A stretch of 64,000 nucleotides of DNA from Candidatus Methanoperedenaceae archaeon (GTDB lineage: Archaea > Halobacteriota > Methanosarcinia > Methanosarcinales > Methanoperedenaceae). Shown here piece after piece: positions 8,942 through 18,500 of this stretch. Numbering within the stretch: the stretch's first letter is position 1; every line of letters begins with the position of its first letter. A program made the position numbers and the translations under genes. The stretch covers positions 1 through 64,000 of the forward strand of contig CAVWCX010000006.1 of assembly GCA_963753595.1 (NCBI GenBank), read 5' to 3'. The notes under the pieces are model-generated. The model did no database searches and had not been told where the DNA came from. It saw only the letters and a program-made list of their open reading frames with translations.

Positions 8942-9849
8942 TGCCTCCTTCTTATTTCGAATTTTGATGTGATCCCCATGAAAATCAGTCCGATCGTAAA
9001 GCTAAGTTCAAAAAGGATCATGATTATATAGAAATAAGTCACAAGCTTTTTTACGTCAATGGAAAGCAACTGGACCGACTGTTCTTCATGGATCTTACCT
9101 CCGGTGATAAAGACATTATTTGCGCCCGGATGACAACCTTCTTTTCCACATGTTGACGGCAGATTCTTTGGATTTATTGCCGATTTCGGATCGCTTGCCT
9201 GCCTGGTATCATGGTTTTCATGGCAATCGGAACATGCTGCAAGTAACCTTCCGCCGCTTGCATATGACTTATAATGGAAAGATTTTTTATAAGTGTCAAA
9301 CCTGTCTGTCCTGATACCATAATATAAGGCTTGCATCCTGGTCTGGTTTTCATGGCATTTTGCACATGTCTCGGGCACATTTGCTGAAAATGTGGATGAA
9401 TCAGGGTTTTTTGATGGAAGGATATTATGGACACCATGGCAATCGGTACACGAAGCTGATGTCCTTCCTTCTTTGAGTCTTTGCCAGTGAATGCTTTCTT
9501 GATATACCCGGGTTTCATTCTCATGGCATTTTGCACAAAAGTTCGTGATATTTAAAGGTGAAGGTTTTCCTGTAAAATTCGTATGCATCACATTTATGGA
9601 CACAACACTTCCACTGATTTTCGTATCTCCGCCATGACAATCCGAACAGAGATTTTTGTTGAAATGCACGCTTTCCCGGAATTCATTTACCTCCCGGGAA
9701 TGGCAATGATAACAGGAAATATCTATGTTCTCATCCTGCGCAGATGCGGTCGTCAAAAAGAAAATGACGATCAATGTCAGGACTATTATCTTGCCAATCT
9801 TTACTGTGTTAAAATCTGGTTTTATTGAATTCGTATTACCACCTCGCAA
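8938..9849 (-). CDS. multiheme cytochrome c (6 CxxCH + 1 CxxxxCH) with signal peptide and C-terminal TM
   Basis: CYHCH, CSDCH, CAKCH, CTDCH, CAKCH, CSDCH, CGKEGCH; ATGA overlap with the cytochrome b gene; start codon uncertain (no in-frame ATG before the signal peptide). Confidence 0.85.
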   Translation of the reverse strand: MRGGNTNSIKPDFNTVKIGKIIVLTLIVIFFLTTASAQDENIDISCYHCHSREVNEFRESVHFNKNLCSDCHGGDTKISGSVVSINVMHTNFTGKPSPLNITNFCAKCHENETRVYQESIHWQRLKEGRTSASCTDCHGVHNILPSKNPDSSTFSANVPETCAKCHENQTRMQALYYGIRTDRFDTYKKSFHYKSYASGGRLLAACSDCHENHDTRQASDPKSAINPKNLPSTCGKEGCHPGANNVFITGGKIHEEQSVQLLSIDVKKLVTYFYIIMILFELSFTIGLIFMGITSKFEIRRRH

Positions 9850-11258
9850 AAATCATCACCTTTAGATAATAATTTTTGAACTTCCAATACCGCTTTATTC
9901 CTGAAAGCATAGTTCATTGCCCCAATAAAAGTCTCTCTTATAGTATGGCAGATACATTTATTGGGATCATTCCGGGTAATGCTGCAATTACTCACACGAT
10001 AATTCAGGTTATTCCCGTCAAGAGCCCATTCGCTTTCCCTGTGGAGCTTTGAGTCAATATTTTCAAAAGCATTTTTGAATTTTTCCAGGTTCCATTCTTT
10101 TATTTTATTTTCCAATTCATATTCCTTCATAATAGATGTACCAAGTCTTCTTCCCAGAATAGAAAGAGATAAAGGAATATCGGGAATGTCCTTCAGGCCG
10201 TTCAGGTAAGTAATGAACATCAATAATTCCTGATCGAATTTATTTGTGCTGTTTTTCAAATTGCCTATTAATTCATTGATCTTTAAACCGATATCAGGCC
10301 TGTGTGTCAGCATTATCATGTTTGCTGTTGACTTTCCATCATATAAATGGCCGTTTGATTCAAGCAGGGTCAAAAAGATCTTTTTTAATGTATCCACAGC
10401 TTCTTTTGTCCTGTAATTATGGAAAATGACCAGTGTATCATTTTCAATCTCGATCCTGTCAACAACCCTGGAGTCCTCATAAACTCTTTTTAATAGAGCA
10501 AGCAGATCACTAAGAGGTATTTCATTGATCGGTTTTTTTGCGAGAAATTCTATCGTCACTTCCCCCCTCGGTATATTATTAGAAAGTATATCCTCAAAAG
10601 AGTTTCTATGGATCGTGACCATATTGTAATTGCTAAGTTGATGACTTTTGATGATCGGGATCCAGAAATCAGGACGGCCCTTTACTGCCCCGAATATTGC
10701 GTTCATTCCCCCGAAAAAAGTGATCAAGCTGTCTTGTGACTCTGTTTTATCTGACCGTGATAACTCAACTTTTATGCACTCGTTAAAATTGGCGACTGAC
10801 CGCACCTGCAGCTGTGAGCGGGTGAGTGAATTTTTCACGAGGAACCGGGACACAATGCCCGCAATGAATTTTATTTTCCCGGGTGTTCCTCTTATTGTCA
10901 AAAGGACTTCGGTTGGAAAATCGTCGTTATCACATTTCAAACTAAGGTTTACCCCCCACCCAAGTTCTGTTAACCTCTGGTTAATATTTTCTTCAAGTTT
11001 TCCCATCGAAATTATCAACATCGGATTGATAAATTTATCAAGAACATCATCAGGAACCAGTATGTCATCGATCTCCTGAAGCATCCAATTGAACAATGAA
11101 GTATCTATGGCTGATGAATTCATGGCCGGATTATATTTTCCGGCAATGCTTATCATATCCCTTAATGCAGCCCCCATATTCCCATTATGTTTTTCCATAT
11201 ATGGGTCCATCTTTTTCAGGTATTCATCGTCAATGGAAATGTGTCTTGAAATGTTCAT
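9822..11258 (-). CDS. RHH + V4R/MetOD1-like protein, paralogue 3
   Basis: SRHISIDDEYLKK...HNGNMGAALRDMI; NYNMVTIHRNSFED; ICHTIRETFIG...GDDFCEV. Confidence 0.8.
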   Translation of the reverse strand: MNISRHISIDDEYLKKMDPYMEKHNGNMGAALRDMISIAGKYNPAMNSSAIDTSLFNWMLQEIDDILVPDDVLDKFINPMLIISMGKLEENINQRLTELGWGVNLSLKCDNDDFPTEVLLTIRGTPGKIKFIAGIVSRFLVKNSLTRSQLQVRSVANFNECIKVELSRSDKTESQDSLITFFGGMNAIFGAVKGRPDFWIPIIKSHQLSNYNMVTIHRNSFEDILSNNIPRGEVTIEFLAKKPINEIPLSDLLALLKRVYEDSRVVDRIEIENDTLVIFHNYRTKEAVDTLKKIFLTLLESNGHLYDGKSTANMIMLTHRPDIGLKINELIGNLKNSTNKFDQELLMFITYLNGLKDIPDIPLSLSILGRRLGTSIMKEYELENKIKEWNLEKFKNAFENIDSKLHRESEWALDGNNLNYRVSNCSITRNDPNKCICHTIRETFIGAMNYAFRNKAVLEVQKLLSKGDDFCEVVIRIQ

Positions 11259-11279
11259 GATCCTCTTAAAATGTTAAAG

Positions 11280-11309
11280 AGATCCTGCATGAAATTTCAC
11301 GCAGGATCT
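11280..11309 (-). terminator. 30-bp near-perfect intra-operon hairpin
   Basis: agatcctgcatgaaatttcacgcaggatct; the single mismatch becomes a G-U pair on the minus (sense) strand. Confidence 0.6.
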
Positions 11310-11352
11310 TTTACCCCCGTCTCTCTTCATTTCTATGTTGGTCATGTAGTTC

Positions 11353-11520
11353 TCAGGCGCTTGCTACTGATTGCATCATATACACAAAGATAGATGCTGG
11401 TATCAGGAACAATCCTCCTGCAAAGGCGGCAAGGAATGTTTCTGCCGGGAGATAATATGCTGCTGTCATGAAAGCTGCCGCAGCTATTGCAGCTATTATA
11501 TATTTGGTTTTATTTTCCAT
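11353..11520 (-). CDS. small membrane protein, 55 aa (absent from the ORF track)
   Basis: Hand translation MENKTKYIIAAIAAAAFMTAAYYLPAETFLAAFAGGLFLIPASIFVYMMQSVASA; GAGGTG SD; shares YxLPxE[ST]F...G...LxP with 6057-6338. Confidence 0.78.
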   Translation of the reverse strand: MENKTKYIIAAIAAAAFMTAAYYLPAETFLAAFAGGLFLIPASIFVYMMQSVASA

Positions 11521-11540
11521 ATTTCATAACACCTCAATAC

Positions 11541-11575
11541 AATCTATATATTGACATTATTAAATAATCAGTTGA
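11541..11575 (-). promoter_or_regulatory. promoter of the small protein-regulator-CbcL-like unit
   Basis: TATA-like TTTAATAA on the minus strand, followed by TGTCAATATATAGATT shared with 7981-7996. Confidence 0.6.
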
Positions 11576-11899
11576 TAATAAAATGTTGGGAAAAGAGTAT
11601 AAGCCGCCATATCCGATTTTTCGTGGGAACAAAACACCAATAAATAAAATAGCGTGTATTATATAATTTAAATAAGTTCATATTACTAAAAGATTGGAAT
11701 TATAATTGCATGAATTCTATATATTGGCTTAATAAGTCCATTAATTTTTTAAATATGGATTATTGAAGCCATGGGATATGAGGAATTGCCATAAATTTTT
11801 TCATCGGACATCGGTTAAGGAATTCAACACATGTAAATTTTTCACATGAGGTTTTAATGGCCATATCCTTCATACGCATGTCCATAAATCACTATAATT

Positions 11900-14080
11900 A
11901 TGATACGCACAAGATTTGGGCTTGCACTATTCGTAATGATTATATTAACCGGGCAGGCAATGGCTGCCGATGTAAAAGTATTTCCTCCAGGTTATTTAGC
12001 TAACGAGGGAGGAACTTTTGATTTGAATGTAACAATAGACCCGCAGGGAGCAGCAATTGCAGGTGCGCAATTAAATATCGGGTTTGACCAGACAAAGATC
12101 AGAATAAATAAAATTACTGAAGGGAACTTATTCAAACAGAATGGAGCAGGCACTTTCTTTGCAAACGGCATTATAAATAATTCAACAGGTACTGTGATAA
12201 ATATTTTTAGTGTAGTAATTGGCAGGACGAATGTATCAAATCCTGGCACATTCATTATTATAAATGCCACAGTCATTGGTTCATCAGGTACATCCGGAAT
12301 AAATCTTTCAAATGTCAAGATCAGCAATTCTGACGCCCGGCCTGTACCTTTAGTATTATATAACGCAAGTATGACCATTAACAGCCCGCCAGTACTTTCA
12401 CAGATCGGTGATAAGAAGATTTTTGAAGGCCAGGCCCTGAATTTCACTATATCTGCAACCGATAATGATCCAGGTATCCTTGTATATTCAGCTTCAAACC
12501 TGCCGGCTGGGGCTACTTTTGACCCCGCTTCACAAACTTTCACCTTGATACCTGATTTCACACGATCCGGCATTTATCAGAATGTACATTTCGAAGTTTC
12601 AGATGGAACGTTTACGGATTTTGAAAATATCACAATAACAGTGAATAAGCGTTCAAATATTATTGTAACGCCATCAAGCAAGATAGTGAACACCGGGCAG
12701 ACATTCAGCATTAACATATCTATTGACCCAATGGGTAATCCGATCGCAGGGGCAGAGCTTTCTCTTTTGTATGACGGATCGCTCCTTAACGTGAATAACG
12801 TTACAGAGGGAACTCTTTTCAAACAAAACGGATCAAGCACGATCTTTAACGGTGGTGTAATAGAGAATCCATCAGGAAAAGTAAACAATATTTATGGATC
12901 GGTCCCTGGTCCTTATAATGTTACAAATGAGGGGACCTTCATTGTTATTGACTTGACGGCAATTGGTTCATCAGGAACACCCATGGTCAATATTTCGGAC
13001 ATAATGATAATCGACCAGGCCGGGAATCCGGTGGCGTTCAATCTGATCAATGGAAGCGTATTAATAAACAGTCCGCCAGTGCTCGATACAATTGGAAATA
13101 GAATCATTGGGGAAGGCCAGGCACTTACTTTTACTTTATCAGCGACTGATGTAAATGGAAATGCGCTTACATATTCCGCAAAAAATCTTCCTTCTGGCGC
13201 GGTGTTTGTTCCTGCAAACAGGACCTTCTTGTGGACACCAGACTTCACACAATCGGGCAATTATCCGGGTATTCATTTTGAAGTATCCGATGGAAGTGTG
13301 ATGGATAGCGAAAATGTTACGATAACTGTGAATAACGTCAACAGGGCACCCACATTTACTTCTTATCCTGGCAATGGCTCATCATTTAACGAAACAGAGG
13401 TTATTCCAATCAGTATTATAGCAAATGATCCTGATAACGACACGCTTGGCTACATAATAAGATTGGATGGCAAACTGGTGAGTACGGCGGCAAATTATCT
13501 ATGGATTACTAACTATTCCAGTTCAGGCAATCACAATATTGAAATAATAGTAAACGACGGGACAGTATCTGTTACGAGGACAACAATGGTTTATATCACA
13601 GAATTGCCCGTGCAAACGTCTATTAATATTATTAAGAATCCAGGTTTTGAATCAGGAAAGTCTTCATGGACGTTCTATACGAACGGCAAGGGAACATTCG
13701 GTACAGCATCTGGCTATCAAGGAAATAATTCTGCCAGACTTAATTTGATCAGTATTGTTTCTCCCCAGAACATCCAGTTATACCAGAAAGGGATAACACT
13801 GGAACCAAACACTCCCTATCGGCTCAGTTTTGCGGCTTATTCGACTACAGGACATGATCTTTCGGTTTTAATACTGAAACATGGTTCACCTTATACTAAT
13901 TATGGATTATCGAATTATGTGGCAAATCTTGGCACTTCATGGGGCAATTATTCAGTACAGTTTACAACATCCGGATTTTCAGGAAATGTAACCGACGCTC
14001 GTTTGATGTTCATGCTTGCAGGCTTTGCGGCAGCAGGAGACAGCTACTATATCGATGATATACGATTGGAGAAGATCTAA
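11900..14080 (+). CDS. secreted scaffold: cohesin-Ig-cohesin-Ig-Ig-CBM4_9-like
   Basis: Signal peptide (GQAMA/A); two cohesin-like units (IDP.G..IAGA.L...D......TEG.LF); He_PIG/cadherin-like NSPPVL..IG...SATD...NLP.GA repeats; C-terminal NPGFESG...YYIDDI. Confidence 0.8.
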   Translation: MIRTRFGLALFVMIILTGQAMAADVKVFPPGYLANEGGTFDLNVTIDPQGAAIAGAQLNIGFDQTKIRINKITEGNLFKQNGAGTFFANGIINNSTGTVINIFSVVIGRTNVSNPGTFIIINATVIGSSGTSGINLSNVKISNSDARPVPLVLYNASMTINSPPVLSQIGDKKIFEGQALNFTISATDNDPGILVYSASNLPAGATFDPASQTFTLIPDFTRSGIYQNVHFEVSDGTFTDFENITITVNKRSNIIVTPSSKIVNTGQTFSINISIDPMGNPIAGAELSLLYDGSLLNVNNVTEGTLFKQNGSSTIFNGGVIENPSGKVNNIYGSVPGPYNVTNEGTFIVIDLTAIGSSGTPMVNISDIMIIDQAGNPVAFNLINGSVLINSPPVLDTIGNRIIGEGQALTFTLSATDVNGNALTYSAKNLPSGAVFVPANRTFLWTPDFTQSGNYPGIHFEVSDGSVMDSENVTITVNNVNRAPTFTSYPGNGSSFNETEVIPISIIANDPDNDTLGYIIRLDGKLVSTAANYLWITNYSSSGNHNIEIIVNDGTVSVTRTTMVYITELPVQTSINIIKNPGFESGKSSWTFYTNGKGTFGTASGYQGNNSARLNLISIVSPQNIQLYQKGITLEPNTPYRLSFAAYSTTGHDLSVLILKHGSPYTNYGLSNYVANLGTSWGNYSVQFTTSGFSGNVTDARLMFMLAGFAAAGDSYYIDDIRLEKI

Positions 14081-14359
14081 CCAGCCGAGATGTGGGGCAT
14101 CTTAAGACTCAGGCGACTGAGGATAAATTGGCCATGGTTTGTCCCAACCGCAGTAGGATAGTGGAAAATGTGCTATACTCAAGTTCGAAAATAACCGAAA
14201 TTTCCATGAAAAAATAAAACCGCAGATAAGCGTACTATTAACACTTTTGGTCAACTTTATCTTAACGGCCTGGGGTTGCGACCCCATACCCCAACGGAAG
14301 CACCGACTATAGCAATTAAAAAATTTTTTAGCCAATAAGGTTGAAGTCAATGATTTTAA

Positions 14360-14854
14360 TTATGGTTTCCAAACCTTAAGCCATTCTACTTTTTCGAAAT
14401 CGCTATCATTTGTAATAATATTCACGATATTATATGACTTGGCAAATGAAACAATATAAGCGTCTGTTGCCAAAAGAGAATATCTATGTGAAATGATCAA
14501 TGATTCTGCCAGTGTGTTGATCTTTTCTTTCAAAATGATGAAACCCACATCGAATAACCTATCTATTTCATTCCAGCAAATATCCAAACTCTGGATAGTA
14601 TTCTTATCCGTTTTTAAAATTCTTATAGCATCGCCTGTATTTAACGCAAAACCTCTTTCAATTACTTCTGCGATCATTAGCCTGTGTAACAATTCATTCA
14701 ATACAATAGTGGGTATATATCCTTCAATTTTTCCAGATTCAACTTCATGAATAAGTTGCGTGCAGGGATTTCCATACTTTGGGTGATCAAGAGCTGAATA
14801 AATAAAAATATTGGTATCAAATAAAAGTTTCTCACCTGGATTTATCTGTATCAT
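14360..14854 (-). CDS. vapC: PIN-domain VapC toxin
   Basis: FDTNIFIY, E, LATDAYI, TNDSDF acidic PIN motifs. Confidence 0.88.
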   Translation of the reverse strand: MIQINPGEKLLFDTNIFIYSALDHPKYGNPCTQLIHEVESGKIEGYIPTIVLNELLHRLMIAEVIERGFALNTGDAIRILKTDKNTIQSLDICWNEIDRLFDVGFIILKEKINTLAESLIISHRYSLLATDAYIVSFAKSYNIVNIITNDSDFEKVEWLKVWKP

Positions 14855-14855
14855 T

Positions 14856-15041
14856 TTAGATTAACTCATCACTTTGGGCGATCTCTTCGATCATATCAGG
14901 ATCGTTTAGCTTTAAAGCTCCCTGAAATTCCTTTGCCTTTGATATTGATGTAATGCTAATTTCAACTTCTTCTCCTTCTTTTAAATCCAATTTGTTAATG
15001 GGTTTTAGCATAGCGTTTCTATATACAGCTTTTATTTTCAT
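14856..15041 (-). CDS. AF2212/DUF104-type antitoxin
   Basis: IKAVYRNAMLKPINKLDLKEGEEVEI; directly upstream of vapC. Confidence 0.85.
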   Translation of the reverse strand: MKIKAVYRNAMLKPINKLDLKEGEEVEISITSISKAKEFQGALKLNDPDMIEEIAQSDELI

Positions 15042-15414
15042 AATATATAAAACAACTTCAAGACGTAAAAATATATTGTTAGTGTTTATCTAAAAATTAG
15101 ATGGCGAAATTTTGAAAAACAAACTCCCGATAAAAGATCACATTTTCCAGCATCGGGACAAAAGTATCCGGATAATTCGACTATTAGCGAACATGAGTTC
15201 GTCAAATAGTGAAGCCAATTCGAGTTTTGACCACAAAAGATTTAATATAGTTCAAGATATAAGAGTACTCAAACCCATTAAAATCGATGGGCAGGAGGAA
15301 AAGGTACGAAGATAAGTTCAATGAGGATATATAATTTGTATTTTATCGGTTCAGGCCGATTATCCAAATACTTTAATATATGTACAGAGCATAGATATCA
15401 TCGTATCGAATGAC

Positions 15415-15485
15415 GGGTGGTGCGACTGAATAGCCGATAATTCGGCGGGTACGGCTTCCCTAACGGGGCTGAAGTTGTTTCACTC
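15415..15485 (+). promoter_or_regulatory. structured 5' leader (predicted three-way junction)
   Basis: P1 15415-26/15474-85, P2 15433-46, P3 15452-71 with a cUAACg loop; lies between the TATA-like tttaatat (15372-79) and ATG 15529. Confidence 0.4.
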
Positions 15486-15528
15486 AAATAATAATATGGA
15501 GGCTCTTCAAAAGGAGAATGGAATAATT

Positions 15529-18500
15529 ATGACAAAAAAATTGAATAGTTTTAAAAATATATTTTCTGTGCTTATGGCACTGTTGCTTTTAGGGATCGCG
15601 GCAGGGCCGGCGAGCGCGGCTATAACAGTCACTGGTGGTGGCAATAATATAATTGCCGGTGCACCAAGTCAGGCTGTTAATACTATAAATATAACGTCCG
15701 GTGCTGCTGCTGATTTAAGTACTACTATTAGTATTGCGGTACCTTCCGGATTAACGTTTAACAACACTCCAAGCGATTTATTTATAGGGACTATAGGAGT
15801 GGTAATGGTTGGTACGCCTGTGGTAACATCAACTTTAATAACTATCCCGGTGACTCAGTCGTCAGCTGCTGGTAATTCTGTATTGGTTAACGGCATCAAA
15901 CTGGATGTTTCTCCTACAGCAACAGTCGGCTCTAATTCCCTAACAATAACAAGTTTAGGTGGGGCGACAACTGGAAGTGTAGCAGTTACGAAGCCGACAA
16001 ATACACATACCTCAAAACCTTTAGCTAAAGGACAAAATGGTCAGGCTATTAACGACGTGGTTGTAGCATCAGTTACCACCGGTGATATCGGTACGGGTAC
16101 ATATATCAATCTGACGATACCTTCAGATGTTGGAGTAACATTCAATACAAGCGTATCTACTAGCGGATTAATTACAACTACTGGTACGGGAATAAAAAAC
16201 ATTGCCGTAACGCCTTACACAGTAAGTGCTATTATTAATGCGACTCTTAACGCAACTGAAACCGTGACTTTCACAACAGGTGTACAGCTCAATGTGACCA
16301 GCACTGCTACTAACTTTAGTTATAATGTGATAACAACAGCAGTAAACACAAGCTCACAGGCAGTAACAACAGTGGTTCAAAACAATGACACGTATGTAGT
16401 GCCAACAAATACGCATACCTCAAAAGCTTTAGTTAAAGGACAAACTGGTCAGGCTATTAACGCGATAGTTGTACAATCAGTTGTCACTAATGATATCGGT
16501 AATAATACATACATCAATCTGACGATACCTTCAGGTGTTGGAGTAACATTCAATACAAGCGTATCTACCAGCGGATTAATTTTAACTAATAATTCGGCGG
16601 GGCTAAGGAGCATTGCAGTAACGGCTAACACAGTAAGTGCTATTCTTAATGCGTCTCTTACCGCAACTGATAACGTGACCTTCACAACTGGTATACAGCT
16701 CAATGTGACAGGCACACCTACCAACTTTAGTTATAGTGTGACAACAACAGCAGCAAGCGCAGGTTCACAGGCAGTAACAACAACGGTTCAAAACAATGAC
16801 ACGTTTGTAGCGCCGAGAATTACATATGCAGGAGACACAGTATATTTAGACTTAGATGGACAAACTGGTAAAGCTATCAGCGCTGTGGTTGTACAATCAG
16901 TTGTCACTAATGATATCGGTAATAATACATACATCAATCTGACGATACCTTCGGATGTTGGAGTAACATTCGATACAAGCGTATCTACGAGCGGATTAAT
17001 TTTAACTAATAATTCGGCGGGGTTAAGGAGCGTTACTGTAACGGCTAACACAGTAAGTGCTATTATTAATGCTTCTCTTACCGCAACTGATAACGTGACC
17101 TTCACAACTGGTATAAAGATCAATGTGACAAGCAGTGCTACTGCGGGAACTGTTAACTTTACAGTTAAAACAACTGCAGCTAATACTGGCTCACAAGAAG
17201 TATCACAGGAATATACCACTGCAGGTATAACAAAGACCATAGTCACTGCCAGTACCATCAACAGTCCTGATGATGTTACATCACTGGGCCTGGGCAACAT
17301 AACCACCCTCACATGGACAGTAACAAACGCTACTTCCAGTAGTAACTTCGGAGGAAAGAGGGTAAATTTCGCCACAAATGGCACACCAAGCTCGTTGAAC
17401 ATATCATACGGTACGACTTCATCAGCTGGTACAGTAAGTGTTAACTTCACAGCGCCAGCAACGACTGGTACATATAATGTCACCGCAACAATTGATGGAA
17501 CAACTGTCAGTGACGTTGTCAATATAACCGTAATAGCTGGCTCGCCAACGAAGCTGGCAATAATCCCGGATACACCAAAGCTGGCACCTACTGGTGTCGC
17601 TACCATTACTGTAAAGGCTCAGGATGCGTCTGGCAATAACGTTACCACTGGACCGGGAGTTAACGACAGTGTACGTTTAGCGGTAGGCGGCGATGCATTC
17701 GTTACATCAACAAATCCGGTAAATATGTCTAACGGGACTGCCACCTTTACGGTGCAGAAAAGCACACCAGGAAGCACGGGTCTAACGGCACTAGACGAGA
17801 ACGGTACATCACCGATATTGAATTACGCTACTGGAACACAGGTTTTCACGCTTGATATCGGAAGCATAGTTTTGACGCCCAGCACAACATCACTGGCAGT
17901 TAACGGCTCTGTGGCAACTCTATCAGTGCAGCTCTATGACGTAAATGGAAATCCGCTTGCACTGCCGGGTCAGAGCATAACTATAACATCAAGCAATACA
18001 AGCCTGGCAACAGTGGGAACATCACCTGCCACTTCAAACGCTAATGGAATAGCAGTTTCGAACCTGACCAGCAAAAATGTGACTGGAGGAACAGTTTCCG
18101 TAAATGCTACCATAACCAACCAGACAGGTGTTACACTGTATAGTAATGTTTCAGTGAGTCTTGTACCGGCAACAGCAGCGCCAACATTGACCACAATAAC
18201 CGTCACACCGGCAACAGCATCGGTAGTTGTAAACGGCACTGTGAACTTCACTGCAACGTCGAAAGACCAGTTCCTTGCTAATATGACCGGTATCATAATA
18301 ACCTGGAACAGCAGCAACAGCACTGTTGGAACGATCAACAGCACAGGCGTGTTCACAGCACTTGCAAATGGTACAACCACAATCACCGCAACAAATGGTA
18401 GTGTGACCAGCAATCTGGTAACGGTTACTGTGACATCAATCAGTGTATTACCACCTGCAGTTGCAGCATGGGATGCCGACAGCAATGGAATTATCTCGAA

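Noticed and set aside
14260-14347. attC-like look (cttaac...hairpin...gttgaag) next to vapBC
   Set aside because: Boxes do not fit RYYYAAC/GTTRRRY, it is a single site, and no integron integrase is in the window
15112-15315. 67-aa ORF
   Set aside because: TTG start, no SD or motif, lies in a divergent promoter region
15425-15475. Hammerhead ribozyme or c-di-AMP riboswitch call
   Set aside because: Lacks the CUGANGA/GAAA core and the 3' half of ydaO; kept only as an unassigned structure
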